From assembly GCF_006345805.1 (NCBI RefSeq), contig NC_043009.1:16802001-16866000 (forward strand): DNA of 64,000 nt, given 5' to 3'. The notes beneath the pieces are model-generated. The model did not search any database and was not told where the DNA came from. It saw only the letters and a program-made list of their open reading frames with translations. Below, one piece after another: positions 12,326-25,706 of this stretch (position 1 is its first letter; each line of letters begins with the position of its first letter). The position numbers were made by a program, and so were the translations under genes. This stretch comes from Octopus sinensis (lineage: Eukaryota).

Positions 12326-15300
12326 ATATAATGTTTGTATATATGTTTTATGTGATGTGCTGCATAAGATAGGAAACTGCATTCAGTGGTGAGGCTCCTA
12401 CTCAAGAGTTTAGGAGCTTTAAGGAGTATAGAATTATCTCTGAGTCCCCACTACTGCCAAGTTTGCTATCATCTGGGGTGGTAGTAGCTTCAAAACCGCA
12501 GTTGTGGGTCAATAACAGAAGATAGTCCTGTGGCTAATAGCATACAGAATCCAAAGGAGGAACCAACCCCTGCACAGCAGACTAGCACATTAAACTGGTA
12601 GAAAGTAACAAGACTCTTAATGCCATATCATTCTTAGAAAAGTCTTGAATCTTCAGACTTTTGTATGGAGGTTAATGATTGTTGATGCTCTGCAGGCATG
12701 GCATGAAGAGAGTGGTGAGTGTGTGGGTTGTTAGGCTGATAAAATAGCTATAAGAAAATTGGATAACAAGTAAATAAAATAAATAGAAATCCTCCCTAAT
12801 ACTGCTCTGGCTTAAAATAAGTTAAAGGTCATCACATAAACTTCCTTGTAACGAGTACACATGCATCGGAGGTTGAGGGAACTTTCCTGAAAAGTTGATC
12901 TCATTTCCCAGTCGATTTTATTTAACTTCTATTGCCAATTTACAAAGGGAAAATATTTATGTTAAATCATTTTCTTTTATTGTTATTTTTGGGGATGGTC
13001 ATATTTTGCCAATTAGACACATGGTTGATATGTTTGGTCTTTGGTACAGTTTTATTTTTATTATTATTGTTATTGTTATTATTATTATCATTATTATTAT
13101 TATTATTATTATTATACTTGGGGATGGTCATATTTTGCCAATTAGACACATGGTCGATATGTTTGGTCTTTGGTACAGTTTTATTTTTATTAATTTTGTT
13201 TCTTTGCCAAAACCCTTTCATCACACATCTTGTAACGCCTTCGGAAACTCTTTATCGTACATGTTTCCTCCTGTTTTGCTTTGTCCATTTTCCTTACATG
13301 TGTTTAACTGGCAAAAAAAAAAGACCATCGCTAAGTATAAGAATATCTGTTTCAACACATGATTCCACATCAAGAATGTTGCAAAACAAATACATAAACG
13401 TAACTTTTTTCTATAATCCTAACACCTGTCATTCTTGCGACCTAGTTTCATTTCTCATTTATGCCAATTTCACTTCAACAACATGACTATTCTTCAGCAA
13501 AAAAAAAAAAAGAGAATTCATGACTGTTTCATTTTATATTTAAAATAATTTCACTTGATTTATCAAGTTAAAAGATAAGGAAAAAGGATGAATGCTTTGC
13601 CGTTTCATTGTGTGTACAAATGAGTGATCCACAACCTATTTAAGAATTTCATAATCACTGAAATTATTTTGCTTGAAATAAATGTCACCTACTTTCAATG
13701 TCATTTCATTGCAGAGGAAATATAACCCAACAGAGTTTAAAGGAACAGTGATATGTGATTCACCAAATGTAGATATTTACAGATTTAATGGATTCATGTA
13801 TGTATTGAAGTTTTCATTTTTGTTTATTATACAAATGACATCAATGATAACACTGGGCAACAAAAGAAATTTTTTGTCATGTTATTTAAACTTTTTCAGC
13901 TGATTTAGGGTAATTTTAGGGTGCTGAATCCGAATCTGACATCAGTTTTCAGACAGGACATGTAGTTTTTTAGTTATTCACAGCATCAGATTTTCCAACC
14001 AATTGAAAATATTTACTTGGCTACTTGCTTTTGATTTTCATTCATACACGCATCACTGAAACAAAAAATAAGTGCTGATAGAGGGAAATGTAGGCTACCT
14101 GTTAAATTGCCACATGAGATGAGAATTTATTTTACTTTATCGCTATAATTATAGTAAAGTTCTCCTCACTGTACACTATTGATATTAGGTTATAGTAAGC
14201 CACTCAGACTCCATTTTCTTGATTACTGCTAGTGCTGTTAAAACAAAGTACATAAAATAAGAGGGCCAAGTTATATGAAAAGTAGTTTAGTAATAAGTTT
14301 AGTTATTTATTAAAGTGATCACTGTTTGAAATTTAAGATGGAAAAAATTGTTTCGTGATAGCCATAGCTTCAGTACATTCTATGTTAATTTCAATGATTT
14401 TTTTGGAGAAATATATTTTGATGTTTTACAGTAACATTTACAACTGATTAATTTTATATTTTGGTTAACTGACAGGCTTCCTTGAGTGTTGATTTAGGTT
14501 ATTATTGTATGTATTTATGATGAGCAGAAAAGTTTGTGTCAGTCACCCGAATAGCATTTGTTACATGTATGGAAAATTTACACCAAAAGATCAAAGAAAT
14601 AAGCTTACAAAGAAATTTTTAAATGCTTATAAGCTCTGCTTTTGGATGCAAAGTTGGGGACCAAGATAAACTGGGGGCACCTCATGTTTATTGCAAAAAC
14701 TGCTACATAGCACTAACCCAATGGCTGAATGGTATGCCATTTGCAGTACCAACAAACCACTATACTGATTATTATTTCTGCTTAACTAACATTACAAGCT
14801 TCTCTAAGAAGAACAAATCCAAGATTGTTTATCCAGATTGCCCTTCAGCTTTAAAACCAGTTGTTCATAATGCTGAAAATATTCCAGTTCCAGAACCTCC
14901 TTCATCTTTTGACAAAGGTAGTTTAAGAGAAGAAAGTACTACATCTACTTCAGTTGAAAGCATGCTGAGTGATACAGAAGATCACTGTGATGAACCAGGA
15001 TCTTCAAAAAAGTTTCTCATTTATTATTCAACTTGAGTTAAATGATTTAGTTAGAGACTTGGATTTAACAAAAGAAAAGTCAGAACTACTGGGCTCCAGG
15101 TTGAAACACTGGAATCTTTTACACAATGGTGTAAAATGCTCGTATTCTCAAAAACAGCATACAGAATTGCATGAATTTTTTACGGAGAAAGACGGTATTT
15201 GTTTTTGTTATAATGTTGAAGGACTCCTGCACGAGATGGGGTATGGCCATAATCCTGAAGAATGGAGACTCTTCATAGATTCCAGCAAATCAAGCCCCAA

Positions 15301-17344
15301 AGCTGTTTTGCTGCATAATGGCAATCAAAAACCTTCAATACTACCAGCACATGCTGTAGGATTAAGGGAAATTTATGAACCAATGGATAAAATTTTGCAC
15401 TTGATTGGATAACAAGTAAATAAAATAAATAGAAATCCTCCCTGATACTGCTCTGGCATGAAGAGATTGGTGAGTGTGGGTTGTTAGGCTTCTTGGGTTG
15501 CAAATGGAGTATACAACGCATCAGTGCTTTTTGTGCCTTTGGAACAGCAGAGATAACAAGCATCAATATGATCAAAAAGAGTGACCAAAGGGAAGTGATT
15601 TCACTCCAGGGAGATACAACGTTAAATACATCCCATTAGTTGACCTTCAGAAAATTTACCTTCCTCCCTTACACATTAAACTTGGGGTGTTTAAGAATTT
15701 TGTTAAGGCCATGAATGAAGACAGTGAAGGATCCAAATATCTCAGTGAAAATTTTGTTTCTAGCAAGAGTGAAGCTAAGATCAAAGCTGGTGTTTTTAAT
15801 GGACCAGAAATTCGCACACTAATTTGTGATGATATTTTTCAAGAAAAATGAAGCCCTGTAGAGAAAAACTGTTGGGGAAAAGTTTGTTTCTCTTGTGAAA
15901 AATGTTTTGGGAAATGAGAAATCATCTATGTTGCAATTGTGAATGATTTTTTTGAAAGCTTATAAGTAACTTGGGGCAAGAATGTCTCTAAAAATTCATT
16001 TTCTCCACTCATCGTTTTTTTTTCCAACCCAATATGGGTGATGTAAGCAATGAGCATGGTGAATGATTTCATCAAAAAAATCAAAGCACTACAGTGGCAG
16101 ACTTACACCAAACATGCTGACAGACTACTGCTGGTTTTTAAAACAAAAAACAGACATGCAACAAAAGAAGATGCTGAAACTATTTTTGAAAAACATAAAA
16201 TTAATAATATTCACTTTACACTTTTGTTTTGTGTTTTGTTGGTTTTAGAGCTACTTGTACATGTAGTTGCTATTCTTCATATACCAAACTAGCAGTATCG
16301 CCCAGCGTTGCTCAGGTTTGTAAGGGAAATAACTATATAAGCATTTTTAGAGATGTAAAGTATAATAGCCATCTCAATATGTCTAACCACAAGGGGGGGT
16401 GGTGGTGTTACTGTAGCTTTTTATGTTCTGAGATTTAATAATACATTTTGAGAGAGTTACTTCTCAAAAATGAGTTACTGCCAAAAATGCATTAAAAATG
16501 GGAAAAATTGATGGTAATTTTTATTTTAAATCGTAGACTCATCATAAACATGCGCTAATACCCAGAAGGGCTCGATATGAATCACGACTATAAGATACCC
16601 GGTTTTGGTTAAACTGCACCGCAAAATGTGGGAGTAGTTAGGAATCTAAATCGTAGGAGACAGACAGCACACAACCTCTCTTTTATATATAAAGATAACA
16701 TTAATTTATGCTTAACATAACATTCATTTTATTTGTCATGAATTTTCACATTATTGTAATTTTGATAGCACAAAAACGTGATGTGCTAGAGCAAAAATGA
16801 TTGCAGATTTGGATTCAGCACTCCCAAATTACCTATGAGCACCATTTTGTCTAATTGTAGCAAAAATTTTGTTGTTGCCTGGTGTAATCATTTCTAAATG
16901 GTTTCATCATTATTGTTAATGTTATTTCCAGCATCCTTCCTCTCTTAATCATGTACTCTTGTTAACGGAAGAGATTTAACAGAAATTTGTTCAGTACATC
17001 TCAGCATTTTAAGTCCAGATCCTGCTAGAAGTGATTTTACTCTTTATAAGTTCCTGTTATATGCTTGGATTGATTCAATTTCCCTAATATATATATATAT
17101 ATAATATATATATATATTCCCTAATATATATATACTTTTACTCGTTTTCAGTCCTGTGACTGTGACCATGCTGGAGCACCACCTTGTTTTAGTCACACAA
17201 ACCAACTCCAGGACTTATTTTTTTAAGCCTGGTACTTTATCAATCTCTTTTGCTGAACTGCTAAGTTATATGGACATAAACACACCAACACTGGTTGTCA
17301 AGCAGTGATGAGTGGAGAAATAAAGACACATACACACACACACT

Positions 17345-17388
<44 letters not shown>

Positions 17389-20300
17389 TACACATGATGG
17401 GCTTCTTTTAGTTTCCATCTACCAAATCTACTCACAAGGCTTTGGTTGCCCCAAGGCTATAGTAGAAGACATCTGCCCAAGGTGCTACACAGTGGGACTG
17501 AACCTGGAACCATGTGGTTGGGAAGCAAGCTTCTTACCACACAGCCATGCCTGTAAATATCTATCTATCTGTCTGTCTATCTATTCATATACATACTCTC
17601 AATACGGCTAGCATAGATGAAAAATTTGGGCTTAGTTTTGGCTTCTGCTTTTGAAATATGGCAAGGTTTCAATTTTGACCCACATATCTGTGTTGATCTT
17701 TCTCTGGTAATCCTCCACCAATTCTAAAGCAATCTTTGCCCTTCATAACTTTCTGGTTGCATTTCTTTCCCACTTCATCAATGCTTCTATTACACCATTT
17801 CCTCTGCATCATACTCCCTCAGTACTATGGTCCTCTCTTTTTCACTTTCTCCAGATATTACTTGTAGCACTTTAATATGCAGGCCAACACCATTATGCAA
17901 CTGGTTCGCCCTCCTTTATATTATTTGCATGACATAACTCTCAGTTGTTTATATTACACACCTTGAACTTGCCTTTCCTACTCTCTTCATCTTTTACTTA
18001 TTGTTTGTCAACGATGTTCTATATACCCACTAGATACAGCAGTTTCCATTCTTTTATATACTCCACAATTTAGTGATAAGGTCCATCTCCAAATTAAGGC
18101 AAAGATACTTGCTATAATATCTAATATAAATGTCAGAGCTTGTATCACCACCCAACAGGGTGTGCAGCTGTGAGATGAAAGGGGTGTGTGTTAAAAAGAG
18201 AAAATAGGGAAAAATATTAGATTATGTTACATTAACTTAAAGTTTAAATAAAATGGACTCTTCTTTCCACATGTGTGTGTGTGTGTGTGTGTGTTGTTTG
18301 TTCATTTATTTCTTTTCTCTTTTGTCTTAATTTAACCTTGACATCTAAAATTGTATTTCTTGTTTTCCATCATGATTAATCTAAATGTTGGAAAGGGAAA
18401 TATTAAACTCATAGCAAAGTTAACATTTTCCAGTCTGTGTTTTTGTACTTATTTCATCATTACTACATAGCGACAAACACAGAAAAGAGATTTTGTTCCT
18501 ATAATTCTTGAGTTTTTTTGGGGGTTTTTTTATAACTGTTTTATAATTTTTCTCCTAACTGTTGTGTTGTGCAGAGTTAAGTCAAATGCAATTGTAGTTG
18601 CATGTTATTGTTTACATTCAGAAGCTTTACTCAACAGACAAACCAAGCTGTTACCTTGAAATGGTAACCCAGACCCAAACCTCTGCAAACTTGCAATACT
18701 ATTAAATAAAACAACAGTGTATCACTTAAAAACAAATTGATTTTTTTTGTTTAGTCTTGATATTTGTGTCGTTGTTTATTTGATCTGCATGTGCTGATGT
18801 ACTCTGTTCACCCTTAACTCTTTTGATACCAACCTGCCCAAGACTATCCTGGTTCTATGATACAAACCCCCTGTTTTAAAATTATCCAAATTAAAAACTT
18901 GAATCAAAATTTCATATTAACCCTTTTAAAATGGTTGACGTAAATTTACACACACAATGTACATACTTTAAATCGGTCAACATAATTATAGGCTGTTCTA
19001 TATTTAAGAGATGAGGAATTATGTACATTATTTACATTCAATGGATATTTGTCCTCATCTTGTTTGTTAACACGTTTCAGCTGATATACCCTCCAGCCTT
19101 CTTCACTGGTCTTGGGGAAATTTCGAACCTGGGTTCTCATTCCTAAGGTATTTTTCGATGTTATTATTATTATTATTGTTCAGGTCACTGCTTGGAATCG
19201 AACTTGGAATCTTGGTGTTAGTAGCCCGCACTCTTAACCCCAAGATTCAGAGTTTGATTCCAAGCAGTGACCTGAACAATAGCAATAACAATAATAATAA
19301 TAATAACAACAACAACCAGTTGTTTCTTCCAGATAACTCGGAGAGTGAGTATTTTCCTTGTTCACAATCCAATGATTCTGATAGCACTGATGATAGTCTA
19401 ATGAATCGAAGGTACAGGTGGGTTGCAGTGAATGGCCGTAGACAACAGAATGTCATGTGGCAAGCTAAACACAATTTTGTCCAATGGCGTGAGTTTACTA
19501 GTATGCTTGGCATAAAGGCAAACCTTGAACATGGAAGTTTGCCATTGGAAATCTTCCACGAGTTTTTGACGGACGAAATGTTTCAGTATATAGCAGACAA
19601 AACAAATGACTATACTGAAAACCATCCCCAGCATGTCAGACCTCAGTATGGTGGGAGTTGGTTTCCAACCACAGGGGACAAAATCAAAGTTCTGCTTCCC
19701 CTGCTGATACTGATAGGCATTGTGACGAACTGAGCCTAATGTCATATTAGAATTGGGATCCTGCCACGTCGACACCTTTCTTTTTGTAAATGATGCCATG
19801 CGATCAATATTTTGGTGTTTCTTTGAAATCTACATTTCAACTCAGATGAGAACCAAGACAACAGGCTGCACAAAATACAGCTGAAATTTTCAAAACGGTG
19901 TATGTCTTCACACAGGACATTTGTGCAGACAAGAGTTTGTGGAAATTCAAGGGAAGGCTCTGATTCAAACATTACAACCTGACCCAAAGTGCCTGCCTTG
20001 GAGTCAAGGTTTATAAAGTATGCCAGTCAACTATCAGAGCCTGTGGCTACACGAGGAATTACAAAATCTACACTGGTTAGGATAGATTGGATCTTCCAGC
20101 ATCTACTCATACATCAACTGATGTCATGTTGTCACTGAATGAAATCTTCTTTGACAAAGGCTACAGTATTTATTTGGACAACTGGTTTTCTAATCCAGAC
20201 CTCTTCCTGCAGCTGTAGGCGATGAGGACTAATGCCTATGGGACAGTGAGGATGCACAGGAAAAATATGCTGCCTGATCTTTACAAGATAAAACTTCAAA

Positions 20301-23300
20301 AGAGGGAAACACTGTACTGATGCACCAATAGTGACAGTTTCACTCTAGTGTGGCGTGGCAAGAAAAACAACTGCATGTTATCCACAATGCATTCTGCAAG
20401 CATGAAGGACACTAGGGAACAAGATGCAGATGGTAATGCCATAATGAAATTGAATGTAGTTGTTTCATACAATGAAGGGATGGGCAGGGTTGATTGCTCA
20501 GCTCAGCTGGCGATGATACACAAGTCAGTGAGAAATTTTGTGAAATGGTGCAAAAAGATTTTCTTGCATATAGTTGACATGTGTTTTGAGAACTCGCATT
20601 TGATTTGGCAGATACTTGGCAGTGTGGGGGACGGATTGACATTCAGGAATCTATTGTTCTGTGAAACATCAGACCTATCAAAGTACAGAATGCATGGACG
20701 TCTCCAGGCTGGACTCTCTCTTCACCACATGGTGAAGGGACGTGGACATTTTCCATGACTGTTTCTACCCACTGCCAAGTAGACAAATACTTCAAAGAGT
20801 ATGTAAAGCAAAAGGGAAACGTAAGGAAACTAGATACCATTGTTCACAATATGGTATGCCACTGTGTATGATACCTTGTTTTGAACTTTACCACACTAAA
20901 GTCAGTTTTTGAATTCATGTGATTGTAGCTACATGAAGTTGATCTGACTTGTGCTGTCGAGTGAACTTATTCAGGAATAATACTGCATGAGCGACTTGCA
21001 CAGGGATATAGTTTAGGTAAATAAACAGTACTTGCACTAAAGCGATTGATGTAAATATACGCCGAACGTTATCTCGCACTGAGTGCTGATCTCAATCGAC
21101 GCGATTACCGGTGCCGCGCACAGGCAACCGAATGAATCACCACCGTAAACTGGTTAAAGCGGTTGATGTAAATATACACCACACCATTGTCATGCACTAA
21201 TTGCTGATCTAAGCCAAGATGATTAGCATCAATGCAACCTAGTTGCTTGATTAAAAAAAACAAAAACGTTGCATGGGGTTAATTTCTGTACCAAACACCA
21301 GCGATGACAAATGACTGAGATCTTCAGCAGTATGCACCCATTACACCCTCAGAGTGGCTGGCATTAGGAAGGGCATCCAGCCATAGAAACTATGCAAAAT
21401 CAGACTGGAGTCTGGTGCAGCCCCTCAGTTTGCCAGCCCTGGTCAAACCAACCAACCCTTGCCAGCCAGCATAGACAATGGACATTAGATGATGATGATG
21501 CAGACAGAAAAATGGCAACAAAGGGATTTTAAGGATCATGGGTGTGTTATTATCTACTTAAGTTTCTACAGTTCTATATTTAAGAGACGAGGAATTATGT
21601 ACATTATTTACATTTGACAGATATTTGTCCTAATCTTTGTTAACACAATGTTTCAGCTGATACCCCCCCCCCCCCCAGCCTTCTTCACGTGTCTTGGGGA
21701 AATTTCGGACCTGGGTTCTCATTCCTAAGGTATTTTTTATGTTATCATTATTGTCTCTTTTGCCGAACTGCTAAGTTACGGGGACGAAAATATACCAGCA
21801 TCAATTGTCAAGCGATGTCGGGGAGACAAACACAGACACACAACATACACACACACACACACACACACACATATATGCATATACATATATACAACAGGCT
21901 TCTTTCAGTTTCCGTCTTCCAAATCCACTCAAGGCTTTGGTCGGCCCAAAGCTATAGTAGAAGACATTTGCCCAAGGTGCCACGCAATGTTTTTGTCATG
22001 TTGTAATGAATTTATCGAAACAGAATTGTAATTACATGTAATCCATTATACAGAGACATTTCATTTAATCTTAGGGCCAGGCTACTGCATCAAAATCCTA
22101 ACCATTCCAAATAGACCCAATCACATGCAATCATATCAACATGACATTAGCATCGCAATAAGAAGCAATTATTATTTTTCTTTATTTTATTTTTTGTTTT
22201 TATTGATTTTTAAATTAAGAAACAGAGATTCAGTAGATTTCGTTTTAATTCAGAATAACTATTTAATGTCCTGACATTCACTCAACGTCCCATTAACCTT
22301 AGTCATACCATCTTCACACTATATTTTATGGGTAACTGGGTTAAATGTAGTTTGACAACACTAATTTAATATGTCTGAATTTAGATTCTGGCATCGTTGA
22401 ATAGGTTATTACATTATTTAAAAAAACAATTTTTTTTGTGGACTGGCATTGTATGAAGGGAGAGATGCTTCTTCATCTGCTTAATGTTCCAGATAAAATG
22501 AAAGCAGTAGCTTTGTAAGTCACTCTGGCTTGTTCTGACATTTTGTTTTAATTTACTTTTACTCAAAGAAGTAGGAGGAATATGATGAAAGACAGTTCTT
22601 ATGACCTTTGAAACAGTCCCATTCTAGTAACATTGATATAGATGGTGTTCACTTTCAACCTCTATAAGTTGACATCTACAGAGAAAATATCATTCAAGAT
22701 GACTCTGTAGGTGATGTTCCTTAATTGGAAGTCCAGTGCAGAAAGCTCCTTTCCAAAGCGTGAGATGTCAAGAAGCTATGCTTCCTAATCAGTGGAGCAT
22801 TTATCAATATTGTGTTGGGTTCTTTGGAGATTTAAAACAATAAAGCTTCAACTATAATGAATGTTAAATGTATCTTACACAAGATAATAGACATAAAAAT
22901 TGTTATATTATAGAATTATTCATGTCTATTCAATTTAATTATTTCATTGAATAATATTTACAGTTAAAAGATAGTATTTAAATGAATCAAAAAAAAAGAA
23001 AGAAAGAAAGGGAAAGAAGATTAAGGAAAAAGAGAATTAAGCAATGAAGGAAAGGGAGATGGGGCATAAGTTTTATTTAATTTCTGATATTTCTAATTGT
23101 TGTAACTCTCTAACTGATAGTTCTAACATTTCTGTTTGATTTTCTGATTGTTTGTAGCCCTCTAGATGATGGTAACAAGATTCCTCTCAGCTACAGCAAC
23201 ATCCTTCTTCGAGGTTGTGTTTTACAGAATACAGATTTTGTGGAAGGATTAGTAATATATGCAGGTCAGTGGATCTTTTTTTCGTTCTTAAGTTGTATTT

Positions 23301-25668
23301 AATTACAGGCAAAATCTTGGCTTCAAATTCTGGCACAAAACCAGCAATACCAGAGGAGGGGCAAAGTCAATTAAATCGACCCCAGTGCTCAATTGTTACT
23401 TATTTTATCACCCCTAAAATAATGAAAGGTAAAGTGAACTCTGGTGGCATTTGAACCCGAAACCTAAAGACATACATTGCTGCCAAATCTTCCTTAAATC
23501 CTATTGACCCATTTTAAATATAGACAGATTCTAAGACTGCTATCAAGAGATTGCCATTATATCTGTATGCTCCCACCTAGGCACGGTTTAATTTTATGGA
23601 AGACCGGCAGTTGCCTATACAGGCAGGTCTCTTCTCAACACTATCAATGTTGTCCAAGGAAAAGCAAATCCAGCCAAAACAGCTTGGCATCAGTGGTGCT
23701 GCAAGTGTTGCTGCTAAAATGCAAAGTTCTGGACAGTTCTGCTCATTTACGGCCCTTGGTGGTCACTTAAATAGAAGAATAAATGAGACAATATAATCCC
23801 TGATTTTTAAATAGATGGAATGGCCATGGCTGAAATGCTTAAGCAGTATCATTTCCCATTGTGTCATCAGTTAAGAAGTTTGCATCTTAGCCATTCTAAA
23901 AATAAAGAGTCACATCTTTGAAATCTCAGTATCACAGAATAATGCATAATTAATCCAAAACAGTGTGAATAAATAAGGATTACATTTGACAGAGTAATAT
24001 AACTGCTAAAGAGTTAAAGGGGCCTGAGTCAGGCAAAGTTGACCTCAATATGATTTGAACAGAGTGTGCAAAGTTTTCCCAATCAAAAAGTGAAGTGTTT
24101 TCTTTGAAAATTAAGCAAACAAGGAAGCAAAGTAAATAGCTGAGTGTCAAATGCCAGCCAGTTACTATAAAATGTCTAGTGTGATTTTATCATTATTGAA
24201 GTTGGATTCAATAAATATCTTAATTAAATTCTGTTTTTGCAGCAAAGCATGGCTGTTATCTACACTGATGTATTGAATGTTAATAGATGAGAGTTAGAAT
24301 GACTAACAGTACAGGGTGTTTGGGCTAAATTTGACAGTTTGCTTAAAAAGAAAAGAATATCCCATCTATAAATAAAAGTATTTTTAAAAAATCATAAAAT
24401 ATCAAATAGATTTTGGTTGGGTGATAACAATTTACTCAAGGAAGCTGCACCCAGCTTCTACCACAGCCTCAAGACAGCTCCAGAGCCTGGTGTGTATGTT
24501 CCTCACTATGTCCCTAGGAAGATCTTCAAACAGCTCTTTTATCTTGGCCTCCAGCTCAGTCTTGGTGTCACAGCCAGGGTTTTACCACAGTCTGTGGGAA
24601 CTTCACATAGCCATCTGAATTGAGCCTATGGCCCTGTTCAAAGATGTGACGTAGCATGATGTCACCCTCCTGCTGACCATGGCTTTGTAGTCTCCCTTGC
24701 TGCTGTCCATAACATGTTTTACAGTCTTTCCAGTGTTCATAGAGCATTGAACAGCAGTCATGATGCCAGCATTTTCATACATAGAAGAAATCATCATGAT
24801 ACAAGAAGGAGGAATTTATTCACAGTTTAAAGAATTTGGTCTTAGTTGGATGTGTAGTGTCAATGTACATATGCAACAGAGCACTAGTAGCTCACTTTTT
24901 CAGGTGACAATGGCCATGAATTCATCTCCATCATTGCTTGAAAGCAAAGAACACTTTCAATATATTTATATACCTGTTGATGATGCCACATAAAAAACAC
25001 CTGTCTTGTGCCATGTTAAAGGCACTGGTGATGGTGCCATGCAAGAAGCACCCAGCACACTTAGTAGAGTGGTTGGCATTAGGAAGGACATCCAGCCATC
25101 GAAACCATGCCAGAACAGATAATGGAACTGCTTTGTGCTGACTCCAGTCTTACCAGCTCCAGTCAAACTGTCCAACCCATACCAGCGTGGAAAATGGACA
25201 TTAAATGATGATGATGACGAAGATGATAATGATGATGATCTATGAATCTTGAAATACACACACGAATCTGTGTGTATGTATCTATGCATATATCAGCATA
25301 TTGATATCCACTTTTTTTAAGCCTGCATGGGTTGTATGGAGTTCATGACATGTGTGTGTTTGTGTGTGTGTCTCTTTGTCTTGACATTGTGTGATGGTTG
25401 TAAACAAGTTTCACCTCCATACAGGTGGTGTGCTTTTTTTCCAGTCTTCATTACAAACGTGGCTAGAGACAGGGAAATATTACTTTGGTTGAAAACGAAT
25501 GAATTTTGACAACGGAAAAGACATCAGACCATAGAAAATCTGTCAACAAATTCAACCTGATACATGCAAGCATGGAAATTTGATCATTTATATGATGATA
25601 AATGCATACATACATACATACATACACACACACAAACACACACACACACACACACACACATACACACA

Positions 25669-25706
<38 letters not shown>

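Noticed and set aside
17690-18000. Possible minus-strand RTE fragment
   Set aside because: The similarity is too weak by eye to support a call.
19158-19330. Poly-Leu/poly-Asn N-terminus of the 191-aa ORF
   Set aside because: It derives from (ATT)n/(AAT)n tracts of an inserted repeat read through into the piggyBac remnant.
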